Shown here: in pieces, positions 31,179-42,769 of the stretch
Position numbering within the stretch: the first letter of the stretch is position 1
How the letters are laid out: each line of letters begins with the position of its first letter
NCBI GenBank assembly: GCA_002423145.1
Contig: DIUU01000002.1
Location: 2,194-66,193 of the forward strand
DNA: 64,000 bases
From: Acholeplasmataceae bacterium UBA6150
Lineage (GTDB): Bacteria; Bacillota_I; Bacilli_A; Acholeplasmatales; UBA5453
Direction: 5' to 3'
The notes under the pieces: generated by a model
The model's input: only the letters and a program-made list of their open reading frames with translations
What the model was told of the DNA's origin: nothing
The model's database searches: none
Position numbers and translations under genes: made by a program

Positions 31179-34052
31179 ATGAAGAAAATCATTGTATTAT
31201 TTTTACTGATTGCAATCCCAATGTGTATTGGTTTGATAAATCCTAACAAGGTAAAAGCGTTAAATTCAAATTATAACGAATCTATTTTTAATATCCAAAA
31301 TAGAACCTCGGAATTATCTTATGGCAATTATAGAAACCAACATCCTCGAACTTTTCCAAATCTAACACTTAATGTGGATTTGGATATTTTCACATACACT
31401 GGGGGATTATTACCAGAAGAAGCCCCTTATCTTTCTAATTTTACTGATGATTTAGGCGTTACCAAACTGGGGATATATATCCCAGAATCGGGGGACATTA
31501 CGTTTTATGTGAACGTCCCAACCGAGGGATATTATCAAATCGGAGTGGACTATTTTTCAATAACAGGTAGAAGTTCAACCATCCAAAAGGGCATCAAAAT
31601 CAATGACACCTATCCATTCATCGAAGCGGAAAGTATTTCATTATTGAGATTTTTTAGAGATGCCTATCCTGTATCAACCGATCGTGAAACTGGAAAATCC
31701 GATATTCGTCCAAAACAACTTGAAACCCATAAATGGGCAGAAGATACGTTTAAAGATCGGGTTGGTTACTACAATGAATCCTATTATTTCTATTTTCAAC
31801 AAGGCAACAATACCATCACCTTAACCAGTAAAAGAGAACCTGTAGTTATTGGCGAAATGAAATTGTTTCAAACAAAGCCCCTGTCTACTTATAGTGAATA
31901 TCATGCGAAATATACAGAATTAGGTGCAGTCGTTCAAGAACAACACCAAACCATTGAGGCCGAAGAAGCGTTGTTGAAAAGTTCACCTTCGTTGAACCCA
32001 ATTGCTGAGTATTCAACCATGAAATTTAGTCCATACGAGTCGTTTATTACAAGATATAACGCGATTGGGGGAAACAACTGGCGTATCGCTGGTGACGAAA
32101 TTTCTTGGAATGTCAATGTATCTCAAAGTGGTTTTTACAAAATCACATTTAAAGCGATGCAAAACTTTTCAAACGGACAAAGTTCAACCCGCACTTTAAA
32201 GATTAACGGTGAAATTCCATTCAGTGAAGCCACTCAAGTGGAATTTAAATATAACTCAAATCTTCAATATGTTACCCTTGGAGGGAAGAAAACGCCAACG
32301 TATGTCTATCTTGAAGCAGGGGATAACTTGATAACTCTACAAGCAAACATCGGGACCTACGGCGATATTGTTCAACGCGTGAATGTACTCATTCAATCTT
32401 TCCGAACCTTTTATCGCGAAGTTGTTATGAGAACCGGACTCAATCCAGACCCATATCAAGATTATTTATTATCCAGATATGTGAACAATTTTAAATCTCG
32501 ATTAATGCAGTTCGAAACCGAGTTGATGGTATTAAAATCAGAGATTATTGATATTTCTGGAGGAAGAAGTTCACTCATTTCTCCCTTCGATCGTACGTTA
32601 AATCAAATTCGAAAATTCATTGTAGATGAAAAGAACGTCCAAAATGGGCTCAGAGAATTTGAGCAAAACATTTCATCACTAGGATCGTGGGTTATAACGG
32701 TATCCGAACAACCATTGACCTTAGACCAAATTATTGTCTCAGGAGATACATACAAATTACCCAATATAAAAGTCAACTTTTTTGAAAAAATATGGCATGA
32801 AATCACCTTGTTTTTCGGATCATTTATGGATGACTCCGATTTGGGTTCAGGAGCAATAGTCGACGGACCAACGATTGAAGTATGGATTGGAACCGGCAGA
32901 GATCAAACGACTTTGCTTCGCCAACTGATTGATGAATCATTTACCACACAAGAAGGCATCAACGTCAAACTAAAAATGGTCAACATGGGCGTGTTATTAC
33001 AAGCTACCTTATCTGGCAATGGTCCGGATGTGGCTATCGGTGTTGATCAAAAAATGCCAGTGAACTGGGGCATTCGAAACGCGATTGTGGATTTAACAAC
33101 TTTCAGTGACTTTAATGATGTATACACGCGGTTTAGTCCGTCTGCTTTAGAGGCGTTGTCTTTTAATGGCAGCACCTATGCGCTTCCGGATACAGAAGAC
33201 TTCTTAGTGATGTTTTATCGTAAGGATATTTTAGAAAACATCGGGATCAATGAAATACCAAAAACATGGGATGAAGTTATCGACATTTCACCCATTCTAC
33301 AAAAGCGATACTTAGAGTTTTATGTGCCTGTGTCACAAGGATCACTATCGACCGTATTGTATGCTATGATGCGTCAAAATGGTGGAGAACTCTATCTTAA
33401 CAATGGTGCAGAATCGGGCATGTTACAAAAATCCAATATTGATGCATTCCTCCGTTTTACAAGACTATTTTCAGACTATGGGTTTGCTCTAGAAGCGAAC
33501 TTCGCTAATCGGTTTAGAAGTGGTGAAATGCCAATCGGAATAGCCAATTATTCTTTATACAATACATTGAGTGTGTTCGCCCCAGAAATCGCAGGACAAT
33601 GGGATTATGCATTAATTCCGGGGGTTTATCGTGATGGTGTTTTACATCAAGAGACCACATCCACGGTTTCCTCTACTGTGATTATGAATGCATCTAAACA
33701 TAAAGAAGCTTCATGGACTTTTATGAAGTGGTGGTTAAGCAAAGATACCCAGGTCGATTATGCACGTGGGATGGAAGCAATCATTGGTTCTGCAGCTCGA
33801 TATCCAACGGCTAATCTTCAAGCTTTTGAACAATTACCTTGGCCAATAAAGGACTATTTAATGTTGAAAGAACAACGCGAAAAAGCGGTAGGTATACCAA
33901 CCGTTCCAGGCGATTACATTGTCGGTAGACACATCGATAATGCATTTAGAGCTGTACTGAATAGCAGTGTTTCACCACAGGACGCGCTATATCATTACCA
34001 TTTAAAAATTAACGAAGAAATCACGAGAAAGCGTAATGAATTAGGCCTATGA
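31179..34052 (+). CDS. Large extracellular solute-binding protein (N-terminal beta-sandwich/CBM-like domains, C-terminal sugar SBP)
   Basis: Signal peptide; two repeats of VNV..GYY/FY.I....ING...F.EA...G.N.ITL; C-terminal GPDVA, YALP, FYRKDIL, PKTWDE, FRSGEMPI. Confidence 0.85.
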   Translation: MKKIIVLFLLIAIPMCIGLINPNKVKALNSNYNESIFNIQNRTSELSYGNYRNQHPRTFPNLTLNVDLDIFTYTGGLLPEEAPYLSNFTDDLGVTKLGIYIPESGDITFYVNVPTEGYYQIGVDYFSITGRSSTIQKGIKINDTYPFIEAESISLLRFFRDAYPVSTDRETGKSDIRPKQLETHKWAEDTFKDRVGYYNESYYFYFQQGNNTITLTSKREPVVIGEMKLFQTKPLSTYSEYHAKYTELGAVVQEQHQTIEAEEALLKSSPSLNPIAEYSTMKFSPYESFITRYNAIGGNNWRIAGDEISWNVNVSQSGFYKITFKAMQNFSNGQSSTRTLKINGEIPFSEATQVEFKYNSNLQYVTLGGKKTPTYVYLEAGDNLITLQANIGTYGDIVQRVNVLIQSFRTFYREVVMRTGLNPDPYQDYLLSRYVNNFKSRLMQFETELMVLKSEIIDISGGRSSLISPFDRTLNQIRKFIVDEKNVQNGLREFEQNISSLGSWVITVSEQPLTLDQIIVSGDTYKLPNIKVNFFEKIWHEITLFFGSFMDDSDLGSGAIVDGPTIEVWIGTGRDQTTLLRQLIDESFTTQEGINVKLKMVNMGVLLQATLSGNGPDVAIGVDQKMPVNWGIRNAIVDLTTFSDFNDVYTRFSPSALEALSFNGSTYALPDTEDFLVMFYRKDILENIGINEIPKTWDEVIDISPILQKRYLEFYVPVSQGSLSTVLYAMMRQNGGELYLNNGAESGMLQKSNIDAFLRFTRLFSDYGFALEANFANRFRSGEMPIGIANYSLYNTLSVFAPEIAGQWDYALIPGVYRDGVLHQETTSTVSSTVIMNASKHKEASWTFMKWWLSKDTQVDYARGMEAIIGSAARYPTANLQAFEQLPWPIKDYLMLKEQREKAVGIPTVPGDYIVGRHIDNAFRAVLNSSVSPQDALYHYHLKINEEITRKRNELGL

Positions 34053-34969
34053 TGATAAATACAAAATTCAAACAATCGCTTTTCAAACAAATGAAAATAA
34101 AGCGTGTTTATTATGGGATGATGGCACCATTTTTATTGATATTTTTCACATTTACCATTTTCCCTGTTCTGATGAGTTTGTTTCTAAGTTTTACAACATT
34201 TGATATGCTAAATCCTCCTAAATGGGTTTGGTTGGAAAATTACATTACCTTATTGTTATACGATGATGTATTCTTAATCGCTTTAAGAAATACGTTCATT
34301 TTGGCGATTATCATTGGCCCCATCAGTTATGCGGCTTCATTCATATTCGCATGGCTTATTAATGAATTGCCGCCTAAAATCCGATGGGTTTTAACCGTTG
34401 TATTTTATGCCCCATCAATCAGCGGGTCAGCATTCTTATTATGGCAACTCATATTTAATGGTGACATGTATGGTTATTTAAATGCATTTTTAATCAACAT
34501 GAATATCATAGACGCCCCCATATTATGGTTAAAAACACCACAATATGCACTAATGATCATCATTATCGTTCAATTATGGCTATCCTTAGGCATCAGTTTC
34601 TTATCCTTCGTGGCCGGTTTGCAAACGGTGGATAAATCATTATATGAAGCAGCTGCCATCGATGGTATTAAAAATCGCTGGCAAGAATTGTGGTATGTTA
34701 CCCTACCACAAATGATGCCTCAATTGATGTTTGGCGCATTGATGCAGATTACATCGTCTTTTGGGATTGCTTCGGTTTCTACTCAACTACTGGGGTTTCC
34801 TTCGGTAGAATATAGCGGACATACGATTGTGACACATCTCATCGATTTTGGCGCAGGTTCACAGCGCATGGAGTTGGGTTATGCCAGTGCGATTGCAACG
34901 ATATTATTCTTGATTATGATGATAGCGAATCTAGGTGTCCAAAAAATCTTAAGAAGGGTGGGTACTTAG
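34049..34969 (+). CDS. Carbohydrate ABC transporter permease
   Basis: TM helices; EAA loop LYEAAAIDG. Confidence 0.92.
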   Translation: MMINTKFKQSLFKQMKIKRVYYGMMAPFLLIFFTFTIFPVLMSLFLSFTTFDMLNPPKWVWLENYITLLLYDDVFLIALRNTFILAIIIGPISYAASFIFAWLINELPPKIRWVLTVVFYAPSISGSAFLLWQLIFNGDMYGYLNAFLINMNIIDAPILWLKTPQYALMIIIIVQLWLSLGISFLSFVAGLQTVDKSLYEAAAIDGIKNRWQELWYVTLPQMMPQLMFGALMQITSSFGIASVSTQLLGFPSVEYSGHTIVTHLIDFGAGSQRMELGYASAIATILFLIMMIANLGVQKILRRVGT

Positions 34970-34970
34970 A

Positions 34971-35888
34971 ATGGACGCTAAAGACTTATCCAAATTAAGA
35001 CAGATTAAACTAAAGGATATAAAAGGTAAGAAAGCAGTTAAACGAGGTACAAAACGATTGAGCCGTTCATGGCAAGGCGATTTTGCTCTTAGTTTGCTAT
35101 TGATCGGATTTGGCCTATTCAGTGCTTATCCGCTCGTTTTCACAATTGCAAATGCGTTTAAGCCCCTGGATGAAATCTTTTTATTTCCACCCAAACTGTT
35201 CCCGCGAAATTTTACATTTGATAATTTCACAGATTTGTTTAACTTGATTGGAAATACACGTATTCCGATTTCAAGATATTTTTATAATACATTGGTGATT
35301 ACGGTCATCGGTGTCTCAGGGCACGTTTTACTGGCAGCACTAGCAGCATACCCATTAGCAAAACACAAATTTCCAGGCAAGGCACTCATTAACCAATTGA
35401 TTGTATATTCATTGATGTTTTCTAGCCTTGTCACAGCAGTACCAAACTACTTAGTCATTTCCTGGCTAGGGCTTATCGATACCCATTTGGCTATCATCAT
35501 CCCATCATGGGGATTTACCCTAGGGTTATTCCTAATGAGACAATTTATGGTTACCATTCCAACAGAATTACTTGAAGCAGCGAAAATGGATGGTGCAGGT
35601 GAATATCGAGTGTTCTTCAAAGTTGTCATGCCACTGGTTAAACCGGCTTGGTTAACAGTCATCATTTTGTTGTTTCAACAACTATGGTCAACCGATGGTG
35701 GTGCGTATATTTTTACAGAAAATCTAAAACCTCTATCATTTGCATTACAACAAATTGTTGCCGGTGGGATTGCTAGAACCGGTGCCTCAGCAGCAGTTGC
35801 TTTGTTGATGTTGGTTGTACCAATTTCTGTGTTCATTATCAGTCAGTCACGGATCATCGATACCATGGCTCACTCAGGGATTAAGTAG
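34971..35888 (+). CDS. Carbohydrate ABC transporter permease
   Basis: AAYPLAK, IPTELLEAAKMDGA. Confidence 0.92.
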   Translation: MDAKDLSKLRQIKLKDIKGKKAVKRGTKRLSRSWQGDFALSLLLIGFGLFSAYPLVFTIANAFKPLDEIFLFPPKLFPRNFTFDNFTDLFNLIGNTRIPISRYFYNTLVITVIGVSGHVLLAALAAYPLAKHKFPGKALINQLIVYSLMFSSLVTAVPNYLVISWLGLIDTHLAIIIPSWGFTLGLFLMRQFMVTIPTELLEAAKMDGAGEYRVFFKVVMPLVKPAWLTVIILLFQQLWSTDGGAYIFTENLKPLSFALQQIVAGGIARTGASAAVALLMLVVPISVFIISQSRIIDTMAHSGIK

Positions 35889-35897
35889 GTGAAACAC

Positions 35898-37334
35898 ATG
35901 AAAAAAATATCTATTTTGACAATCCTGATGCTATCCTGTCTCATGTTTAACGTTAACATCAAGGCATCCTATAATTATGCCTATTGGGATCAAATTGATT
36001 CTGCTGAAGCTACCCGTGTCTTAAGAGTGATTGATAACTCAAATATTACCGATACTCTAGGACAAGCAAAACCGATTATTCTTGGCGATTTGAGAGATGT
36101 ATTTGCTTATGATGACCACATTTATGTTTCGGACGCTACTGCCAATAAAATCCACATTTTTAATGCGGCATTCGAGTATGTTAAATCTCTACCGCACCAA
36201 AGCGATACAGAAGGTACACTCAATAGTCCGCAAGGAATCCACATATTCAATGGAATGCTATACGTTGCGGATTATAATAACAACCGCATCGCCATCTTTA
36301 ATTTAGAAGATGAGTTATTTGTCCAAGAAGTTAAAAATCCCGACGATGCAATATTTGATAATCTCACATTTAAACCATTAAAAGTCAGAGTAGATCGTAC
36401 AGGACGCATGAATGTCATAGCCTATGATGTTTATGAGGGTATCATGGAATTCGATATCGAGGGTAATTTTAACCGCTATTTCGGAACTAACACCATCAAA
36501 CTTTCAGTGCTGGATGCCTTAATATACCGTTTTTCTACAAAAGAACAAAGAGATAAAATGGCGTTAAAACTACAAACCTCATTCACATCCATGGATATTG
36601 ATCATGACGGTTACATTTATACGGCATCTCGTTTGGAGTTTTGGGCACCTGTAAAAAAACTGAACTTTAAAGGTCGAAACATTTTAGAAACGAAAGGTTA
36701 TGTCCCTGTTGTTGGTGACGCTAAATATCAGAGAACCGATACCAGGACAACGGTTGGACCGTCATCCATCATTGATGTTGCAGTACACAAAGACAACGAG
36801 CGTTATTCCATACTGGATAATAACCGCGGTCGAATATTTACATACGATCTAGATGGCCATTTACTGTATATATCTGGTGGTATGGGAACAGAGCAAAATA
36901 AGTTATCTGGACCCACCGCAATTGCCTATTACAACGAACTGATATTGGTGACAGACAATGTTTCAAAGAGTTTAATGGTATTTGAGCCAATCGTTTTTGG
37001 TTCTAAAATCAACCAAGCAATCGCACAATACTATGATATGGATTACATGGGTGCAAAGGAAACCTGGACAGAAGTTCTGAAAATGAACTCCAATTATTTC
37101 CTCGCCTATGCTGGCATCGGACGTGCAGAGCTTCGTGAAGGTAACTATAAAGAGGCTATGTATAACCTTAGATTAGGCTATGATTACTATAACTATTCAA
37201 AAGCATATGAACAATATAGAAACGAATCTTTAGCAAAAACATTACCATATGTACTTGTTGGTGGATTCATCTTATTTGGTTTTTTCATAGGTAAGTCAGT
37301 GAAAAACGCAATCAAGAGAGAAGGAGATGATTGA
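35898..37334 (+). CDS. NHL-repeat beta-propeller protein with TPR-like segment and C-terminal TM
   Basis: Signal peptide; LNSPQGI..LYVADYNNNRI repeats; NSNYFLAYAGIGRA TPR-like helix; C-terminal TM. Confidence 0.8.
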   Translation: MKKISILTILMLSCLMFNVNIKASYNYAYWDQIDSAEATRVLRVIDNSNITDTLGQAKPIILGDLRDVFAYDDHIYVSDATANKIHIFNAAFEYVKSLPHQSDTEGTLNSPQGIHIFNGMLYVADYNNNRIAIFNLEDELFVQEVKNPDDAIFDNLTFKPLKVRVDRTGRMNVIAYDVYEGIMEFDIEGNFNRYFGTNTIKLSVLDALIYRFSTKEQRDKMALKLQTSFTSMDIDHDGYIYTASRLEFWAPVKKLNFKGRNILETKGYVPVVGDAKYQRTDTRTTVGPSSIIDVAVHKDNERYSILDNNRGRIFTYDLDGHLLYISGGMGTEQNKLSGPTAIAYYNELILVTDNVSKSLMVFEPIVFGSKINQAIAQYYDMDYMGAKETWTEVLKMNSNYFLAYAGIGRAELREGNYKEAMYNLRLGYDYYNYSKAYEQYRNESLAKTLPYVLVGGFILFGFFIGKSVKNAIKREGDD

Positions 37335-37337
37335 TTC

Positions 37338-38024
37338 ATGAATACTAAACAATGGATTAAAAACATAAAAACCGTGAATTATCAAGATTTTTTTCTAACT
37401 CTCATCCAAGATTATGTGAAGTTTCCTCTATACATCTTATCGCATCCATTCAAAGGTTATGATGACTTTAAAATGGAGAAAAAAGGAAAACTTTCTGTCG
37501 CAATCGTCTATTTAATGTTATTGGTTATTGCCAACGCAGTCAGTGTAACCTCATCTGGTTTCTTAGTATCCGCTCCTTATATCGAAAACTTTTCGATTGT
37601 GAGAACTTTCTTCCTAGTCGTTGTACCAGTGGTCTTAATCACCATTGGCAACTGGTCAATCACCTCCTTGTTTGAAGGTAAAGGAAAAATGATAGAAATA
37701 TTTAAAGTCATTTGTTACGCCCTCATTCCATTGGTTTGGATCGGCATTCCTATGACCATTCTCTCTAATTTTTTAATCCAAGAAGAACTCGCCATTTACA
37801 CAGCCATGAATGCAATTTCAGTTTTCTTTGTGGGATATATGGTATTGTTCGGTCTATTAGTTATACATGAATATGGCCTACTAAAGACCATCATAACACT
37901 GGCTTTTACTGCAGTAGCGGTTGCTCTTATTATTTTCATTGGGCTACTAATTCTGACGTTATTCCAACAACTATATGGGTTCATCATACAGGTGTATGAA
38001 GAACTCATTATGCGGTTGTCTTAG
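37338..38024 (+). CDS. Yip1-family membrane protein
   Basis: HPFKGY, NWSITSLFEGKG, YALIP, IHEYG pattern with about 5 TMs. Confidence 0.75.
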   Translation: MNTKQWIKNIKTVNYQDFFLTLIQDYVKFPLYILSHPFKGYDDFKMEKKGKLSVAIVYLMLLVIANAVSVTSSGFLVSAPYIENFSIVRTFFLVVVPVVLITIGNWSITSLFEGKGKMIEIFKVICYALIPLVWIGIPMTILSNFLIQEELAIYTAMNAISVFFVGYMVLFGLLVIHEYGLLKTIITLAFTAVAVALIIFIGLLILTLFQQLYGFIIQVYEELIMRLS

Positions 38025-38032
38025 GAGGGCAT

Positions 38033-40534
38033 ATGAAAAGAAAAATCATAAAACTAGCCACCCTAATATTAATCATGACAGCTGGGACCCTGTTTATCAT
38101 GTCTCAAGTCATGGGGTATCGTTCGATTTATAAACCAAGACCAGTCTATGATAAGACTGGATTTATCGACAAATCCGATTTCACCCAGTCAAGTATAGTA
38201 CTCGAAAACAGTCGGTTTAAATGGACATTAAATCCAGAAAACACCACATTTGATTTGATGGATAAAACCACACTTCAAACGTGGTATTCTAATCCAAAAC
38301 ATGACACACTACTGATTCCAGCCGATGCGCGTGAATTGTTTGTTCTATATTATGAACGAAAAATTGAAGCTTCAAAACGTGTCAGTGTAAATGAAGAATC
38401 GATCCAATATGATCGATACAGTTTTAAAATTGAACCCAATGTTGTTGAGGTTTTGTATAAAGTTGGCGGAAAACATAATATTGCGATGACGGATTTACCA
38501 CGACAAATTGGTAAAGAAAAGTTCGATGAGAAAATTTTGATTCCACTTCAAGAAAAAGCCGAATCGGACTCAACAATCCGTAGACAATTGAGTTTTTTAA
38601 GAGCACAATTCAATTATGTGGAATCAGAAAAAAGATATTACTTGAAAGAATTGACCTCACAGGACTCATTGGATATCATTTATAACCTCATTTTTAATGA
38701 ATCACTATATACAATAGATGATTACGAATCCGATGCTTTAACCTATGGATTTGAAACATCAAAAGTCTTACCATATTTCGAATTTTCTGTAAGATACGCA
38801 TTAAATAACCAAGGATTTTCAGTTACGTTGGTCAATGATGCTGTGGTCGAAAGTGAAGACTTTCCACTCGCATTTATCGATGTTTTGCCATTCTTTGGTG
38901 CAGGTAACCTTGGCGATGAAGGATACACCGTTATTCCTGATGGTTCTGGTATTTACATTGATCACAATAATCAAAAGTATGGTTTCACCGTATATGAAAA
39001 AAGAATTTATGGACCTGACTTATCGATTGGCAATGGTCATGCAATCAAACAAGACCAAGGCGAAAAAATCGGGTTTCCTATGTATGGGTATCAAAGAAAT
39101 GGATATGCCTATTTTAATACCGTTGAACAAGGTGACGCCATGAGTACCCTACGTGCTGGTTTTCTAACTGAAACTAGTAACGGGGTATATGTACATAAAA
39201 TACCTTATGTGCATTATCGATATGCATTTAGAGAACGGGATGCGTTTATTTTTCAATCCTCAGCACAATCTCAACGGGTAACATCTTATACCAAAGACTA
39301 TAATACAGAAGATTTTGTGGCTAATTATCAATTTATCGATAAAGTAGATGCGCGTTATTTTGATGTTGCACAAGCCTATCAAAACTACCTAATCGAACGA
39401 TTTGATTGGCAACCAATTCAAAAACAAATTGGAACATCCATAACACTACTGGGTGGATATCAAGAAAAAACATACATCCTTGGATTTCCAACCACGCGAA
39501 TAAAAGCATTGACATCGACCGCAGGGATAGAACGCATTCAAATGGCTCTATCTGAACGCGGAATGGATGAATTATCTTTAACATATTATGGTTTTTCCAA
39601 TGATGGGATTAAACCAACGGTATATAAAGATTTAAACTTTAATGGTGCTGTAGCCACGGAAAAGGAATTGAATAAGCTTTCTAGTAGGCTGTCTACCCAA
39701 AATATACCGTTTTATCTAGAATTTTTAGCAACCGAGGCGTATACGAAAAATAACCTCAATTTGGATAAAGAAGTCACCCAAAATATTTTCCATAAACCTG
39801 TGTATCGTTACCCATACGATGAGGCAACTTTTCTTGCGGATCGAACTAAAACCATTCGATATATGTTGAATATCCAAACCCAAAAGAAAGTGATTCAGCA
39901 AGTCATTCGAACCACAGATAGACTACAAACCAATATCGGTTTGGCTGATTTTGGGAATCAAATCGCATCGAACTTACAAAAAGGTTCCATTATGTTTAGA
40001 AACGAAGTGGTAACTAGTCAAGTTGAGATGTTAGAAATGATCAAAGATAAAAATCTTCAATTACGAAATCCAAATCTATATGCGCTAAATTATGCAGATA
40101 ACATTTTAGATTTGAGTATTGCAGGCACATTGCACAAAATCGTGGACTACGATATTCCTTTCATACAACTAGTTTTGAATGGTTATTTCAATTATGCCGG
40201 TCCAGCCTTCAACTTATATGATAGCAAAACAGTTAACTGGCATCTGCTAAAAACGATTGAAACTGGTGCAAACGTACAGTGGAGTTTCACTGAAAGAAAT
40301 ACAGTGGATCTTGTAAAAACAGAATACAACTACCTCTATTCAACGTACTACGTATTTTGGCTAAATGATGTTGAACGGATCAACCAAGTTATTGAAGGAC
40401 TTCAAATTCGAAACAAACGAATCATCAATCACGAAATATTAAATGCTCAAGGGTCTCTGATTGAAGTAACCTACGACAACAATGTAAAGATTCGAATCAA
40501 TTATGAAACAGAAAGTTTTGTGGTGGTATCATGA
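38033..40534 (+). CDS. DUF5696-like large extracellular protein
   Basis: N-terminal anchor; WYSNP, LPFFGAG..EGY..IPDGSG, IYGPD, IPFIQLVLNG, IETGA; context in the NHL/Yip1/ABC cluster. Confidence 0.72.
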   Translation: MKRKIIKLATLILIMTAGTLFIMSQVMGYRSIYKPRPVYDKTGFIDKSDFTQSSIVLENSRFKWTLNPENTTFDLMDKTTLQTWYSNPKHDTLLIPADARELFVLYYERKIEASKRVSVNEESIQYDRYSFKIEPNVVEVLYKVGGKHNIAMTDLPRQIGKEKFDEKILIPLQEKAESDSTIRRQLSFLRAQFNYVESEKRYYLKELTSQDSLDIIYNLIFNESLYTIDDYESDALTYGFETSKVLPYFEFSVRYALNNQGFSVTLVNDAVVESEDFPLAFIDVLPFFGAGNLGDEGYTVIPDGSGIYIDHNNQKYGFTVYEKRIYGPDLSIGNGHAIKQDQGEKIGFPMYGYQRNGYAYFNTVEQGDAMSTLRAGFLTETSNGVYVHKIPYVHYRYAFRERDAFIFQSSAQSQRVTSYTKDYNTEDFVANYQFIDKVDARYFDVAQAYQNYLIERFDWQPIQKQIGTSITLLGGYQEKTYILGFPTTRIKALTSTAGIERIQMALSERGMDELSLTYYGFSNDGIKPTVYKDLNFNGAVATEKELNKLSSRLSTQNIPFYLEFLATEAYTKNNLNLDKEVTQNIFHKPVYRYPYDEATFLADRTKTIRYMLNIQTQKKVIQQVIRTTDRLQTNIGLADFGNQIASNLQKGSIMFRNEVVTSQVEMLEMIKDKNLQLRNPNLYALNYADNILDLSIAGTLHKIVDYDIPFIQLVLNGYFNYAGPAFNLYDSKTVNWHLLKTIETGANVQWSFTERNTVDLVKTEYNYLYSTYYVFWLNDVERINQVIEGLQIRNKRIINHEILNAQGSLIEVTYDNNVKIRINYETESFVVVS

Positions 40535-41712
40535 AACATTTAAAACAAGAATTCTATGATACTAAAGCACTTCAAAAAGAACGATTAAAAGTCGAAAAAC
40601 GGATTCAAAAGTGTGTGTTGCAAAACTCAATATATGACCTAAAAATTCAGCAATGGATGAGTCAAAATGAACAAAATCATATCCGTAAAATAGTTAAATA
40701 TGCAGATTTCGTTCAAAAAAATAAAATCAAGCTATCTAGACTTGAAGCAAGGATGAAACTCATCGATTCACAATCGTTAGAGAAAGAATCACTGCACAAT
40801 AGATTTAGATTATGGTTTTCAAATATCCCCTATCAAAAACAAAAATACATTTGGGGCGTTATTTTTACAATTCCATGGATGGTGGGGATGGCCCTGTTCT
40901 TCCTACCATCATTCATTCAATCGATATGGTGGAGTTTTAATCGTGTAGCACCAACTTCAAATGGCTTAACCATAACATTTAACGGAATATCCAATTACAT
41001 TGAATTATTTAGAAACTATGTGATTGATGGCAATAATGTATTCTCTGTTCAACTATACTTATTTGTTCAAAATCTAGTGATTGATTTACCCATTATTTTG
41101 ATCTTCTCCATATTGATCGCAACATTCTTAAACAAACCATTTAAAGGACATAAACTCATTAAAGCCATTTTCTTCATTCCTGTCATATACAACTTTACAT
41201 TGATATCGGATACCTTATCGAAAGGGTTCGGTCAATACATCGACGCTTCTACGGGTGCAGATCAAATGTTTGTACAACAGTTGGCTGGATTTTTCATGGA
41301 TATTGGGATTGGTACTAGTTTAATGGCCATAGTGCTCAACGCCGTAGAGCGGATATTCATGATTGTTAATTTATCGGGCATTCAAATTCTCATTTTCATC
41401 GCTGCGATTCAGTCGATTCCTAATCAACTGTATGAAGCAGCGAAAATGGAAGGTGCTACAAAATATGAAATGTTCTGGAAAATCACCATAGCCATGATTA
41501 CCCCATTGATCCTCACCGCTGCAGTGTTTACCGTTGTGGATTCATTTACCAGAGCACCGATTTACCGTTTCTTAGATTACGCTATGACACAAAATCGTTA
41601 CGGCTTAGCAGCAACCATTTCAGTCAGTTACTTTGCAATCAATGTCGCAATCATTGGTTTGGTATTCCTAACAATGAAAGGCAGGGTTTTCTACTATGAC
41701 GACAGAAAATAA
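40531..41712 (+). CDS. Carbohydrate ABC permease with ~100 aa soluble N-terminal extension
   Basis: IFFIPV, SGIQILIF, LYEAAKMEGAT. Confidence 0.9.
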   Translation: MKHLKQEFYDTKALQKERLKVEKRIQKCVLQNSIYDLKIQQWMSQNEQNHIRKIVKYADFVQKNKIKLSRLEARMKLIDSQSLEKESLHNRFRLWFSNIPYQKQKYIWGVIFTIPWMVGMALFFLPSFIQSIWWSFNRVAPTSNGLTITFNGISNYIELFRNYVIDGNNVFSVQLYLFVQNLVIDLPIILIFSILIATFLNKPFKGHKLIKAIFFIPVIYNFTLISDTLSKGFGQYIDASTGADQMFVQQLAGFFMDIGIGTSLMAIVLNAVERIFMIVNLSGIQILIFIAAIQSIPNQLYEAAKMEGATKYEMFWKITIAMITPLILTAAVFTVVDSFTRAPIYRFLDYAMTQNRYGLAATISVSYFAINVAIIGLVFLTMKGRVFYYDDRK

Positions 41713-42742
41713 ATCCCGCTTTTTGAATCAAACATTTCAAAAGTTAAAACTGGAGTCTCATACGGTCTATGACAAACACTTGAGTACACCATATAAACGC
41801 ACAATGACCTTTGAACGCATTCTTGGGTGGATGGCATTGATGGTTAAATACTTTTTACTGTATGGGTTAGCATTTGTTATTTTATACCCACTGATTCAAC
41901 AAATAGCAATAGCCCTAAGAGCACCAGAAGACATCAATAATCCTTTAGTGCTCTGGATTCCTGAAACATTCTCGCTAATGAATTTCAAGATTTCAATCAT
42001 CGTTTTAGATTATTGGAATGCACTAAAAAATTCAATTTTACTATCTGGAATTGTAACCATTCTACAAGTCCTGTGCACAGCGCTCGCAGGGTATGCTTTT
42101 GCTAGATTAAAATTCAAGGGACAAAGTATCCTGTTTGGCTTGGTTTTAGCAACCATTATCGTCGCACCAAGTACCATCGAATTGCCTTTAAAGATGACGT
42201 TAATGAATTTTCTAGGAACTGGGCAATCGTTGCTCGGAACACCGCTCATTCTTTACATTTTTGCAGCTACTGGGATGGGGATTAAGTCGGGTATTTTCAT
42301 CTATTTATTTAGACAGTTTTTTAGAGGTATCCCAGAAGAGCTAGAAGAAGCAGCTCACGTGGATGGTGCAAACCCGATTCAAGTATTTTTCCGAGTGATG
42401 TTACCCAATGCCAGAGGCGCAATGGTTTTGGTGGGTATATTAACATTTGTTTGGCAGTGGAATGACGCCTATTTTACAGCGAACTTTGTTTCAAAAATCA
42501 ATGGCAATTTTGCGACATTAACCACGAAAATGATGTCGATTCGAAACGCCATTCAAGGGGCGATTCAACAGGCTGGAGTGTGGCAATTGTTTGATCAAGA
42601 TGTGACACAAAACCCACTCTTCACTTCGATGGTATTAAACACAAGTGCAATGTTATCGATGATTCCACTTTTGATTTTCTATTTGTTGGTTCAAAAGATT
42701 CTATTCACAGAAGGTATTGAACGTAGTGGCCTAGTAGGCTAG
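41696..42742 (+). CDS. Carbohydrate ABC permease
   Basis: GYAFARLKF, RQFFRGIPEELEEAAHVDGA, WQWND, EGIERSG. Confidence 0.92.
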   Translation: MTTENKSRFLNQTFQKLKLESHTVYDKHLSTPYKRTMTFERILGWMALMVKYFLLYGLAFVILYPLIQQIAIALRAPEDINNPLVLWIPETFSLMNFKISIIVLDYWNALKNSILLSGIVTILQVLCTALAGYAFARLKFKGQSILFGLVLATIIVAPSTIELPLKMTLMNFLGTGQSLLGTPLILYIFAATGMGIKSGIFIYLFRQFFRGIPEELEEAAHVDGANPIQVFFRVMLPNARGAMVLVGILTFVWQWNDAYFTANFVSKINGNFATLTTKMMSIRNAIQGAIQQAGVWQLFDQDVTQNPLFTSMVLNTSAMLSMIPLLIFYLLVQKILFTEGIERSGLVG

Positions 42743-42769
42743 TTAAAAATAATATAAGGGAGAACAAAC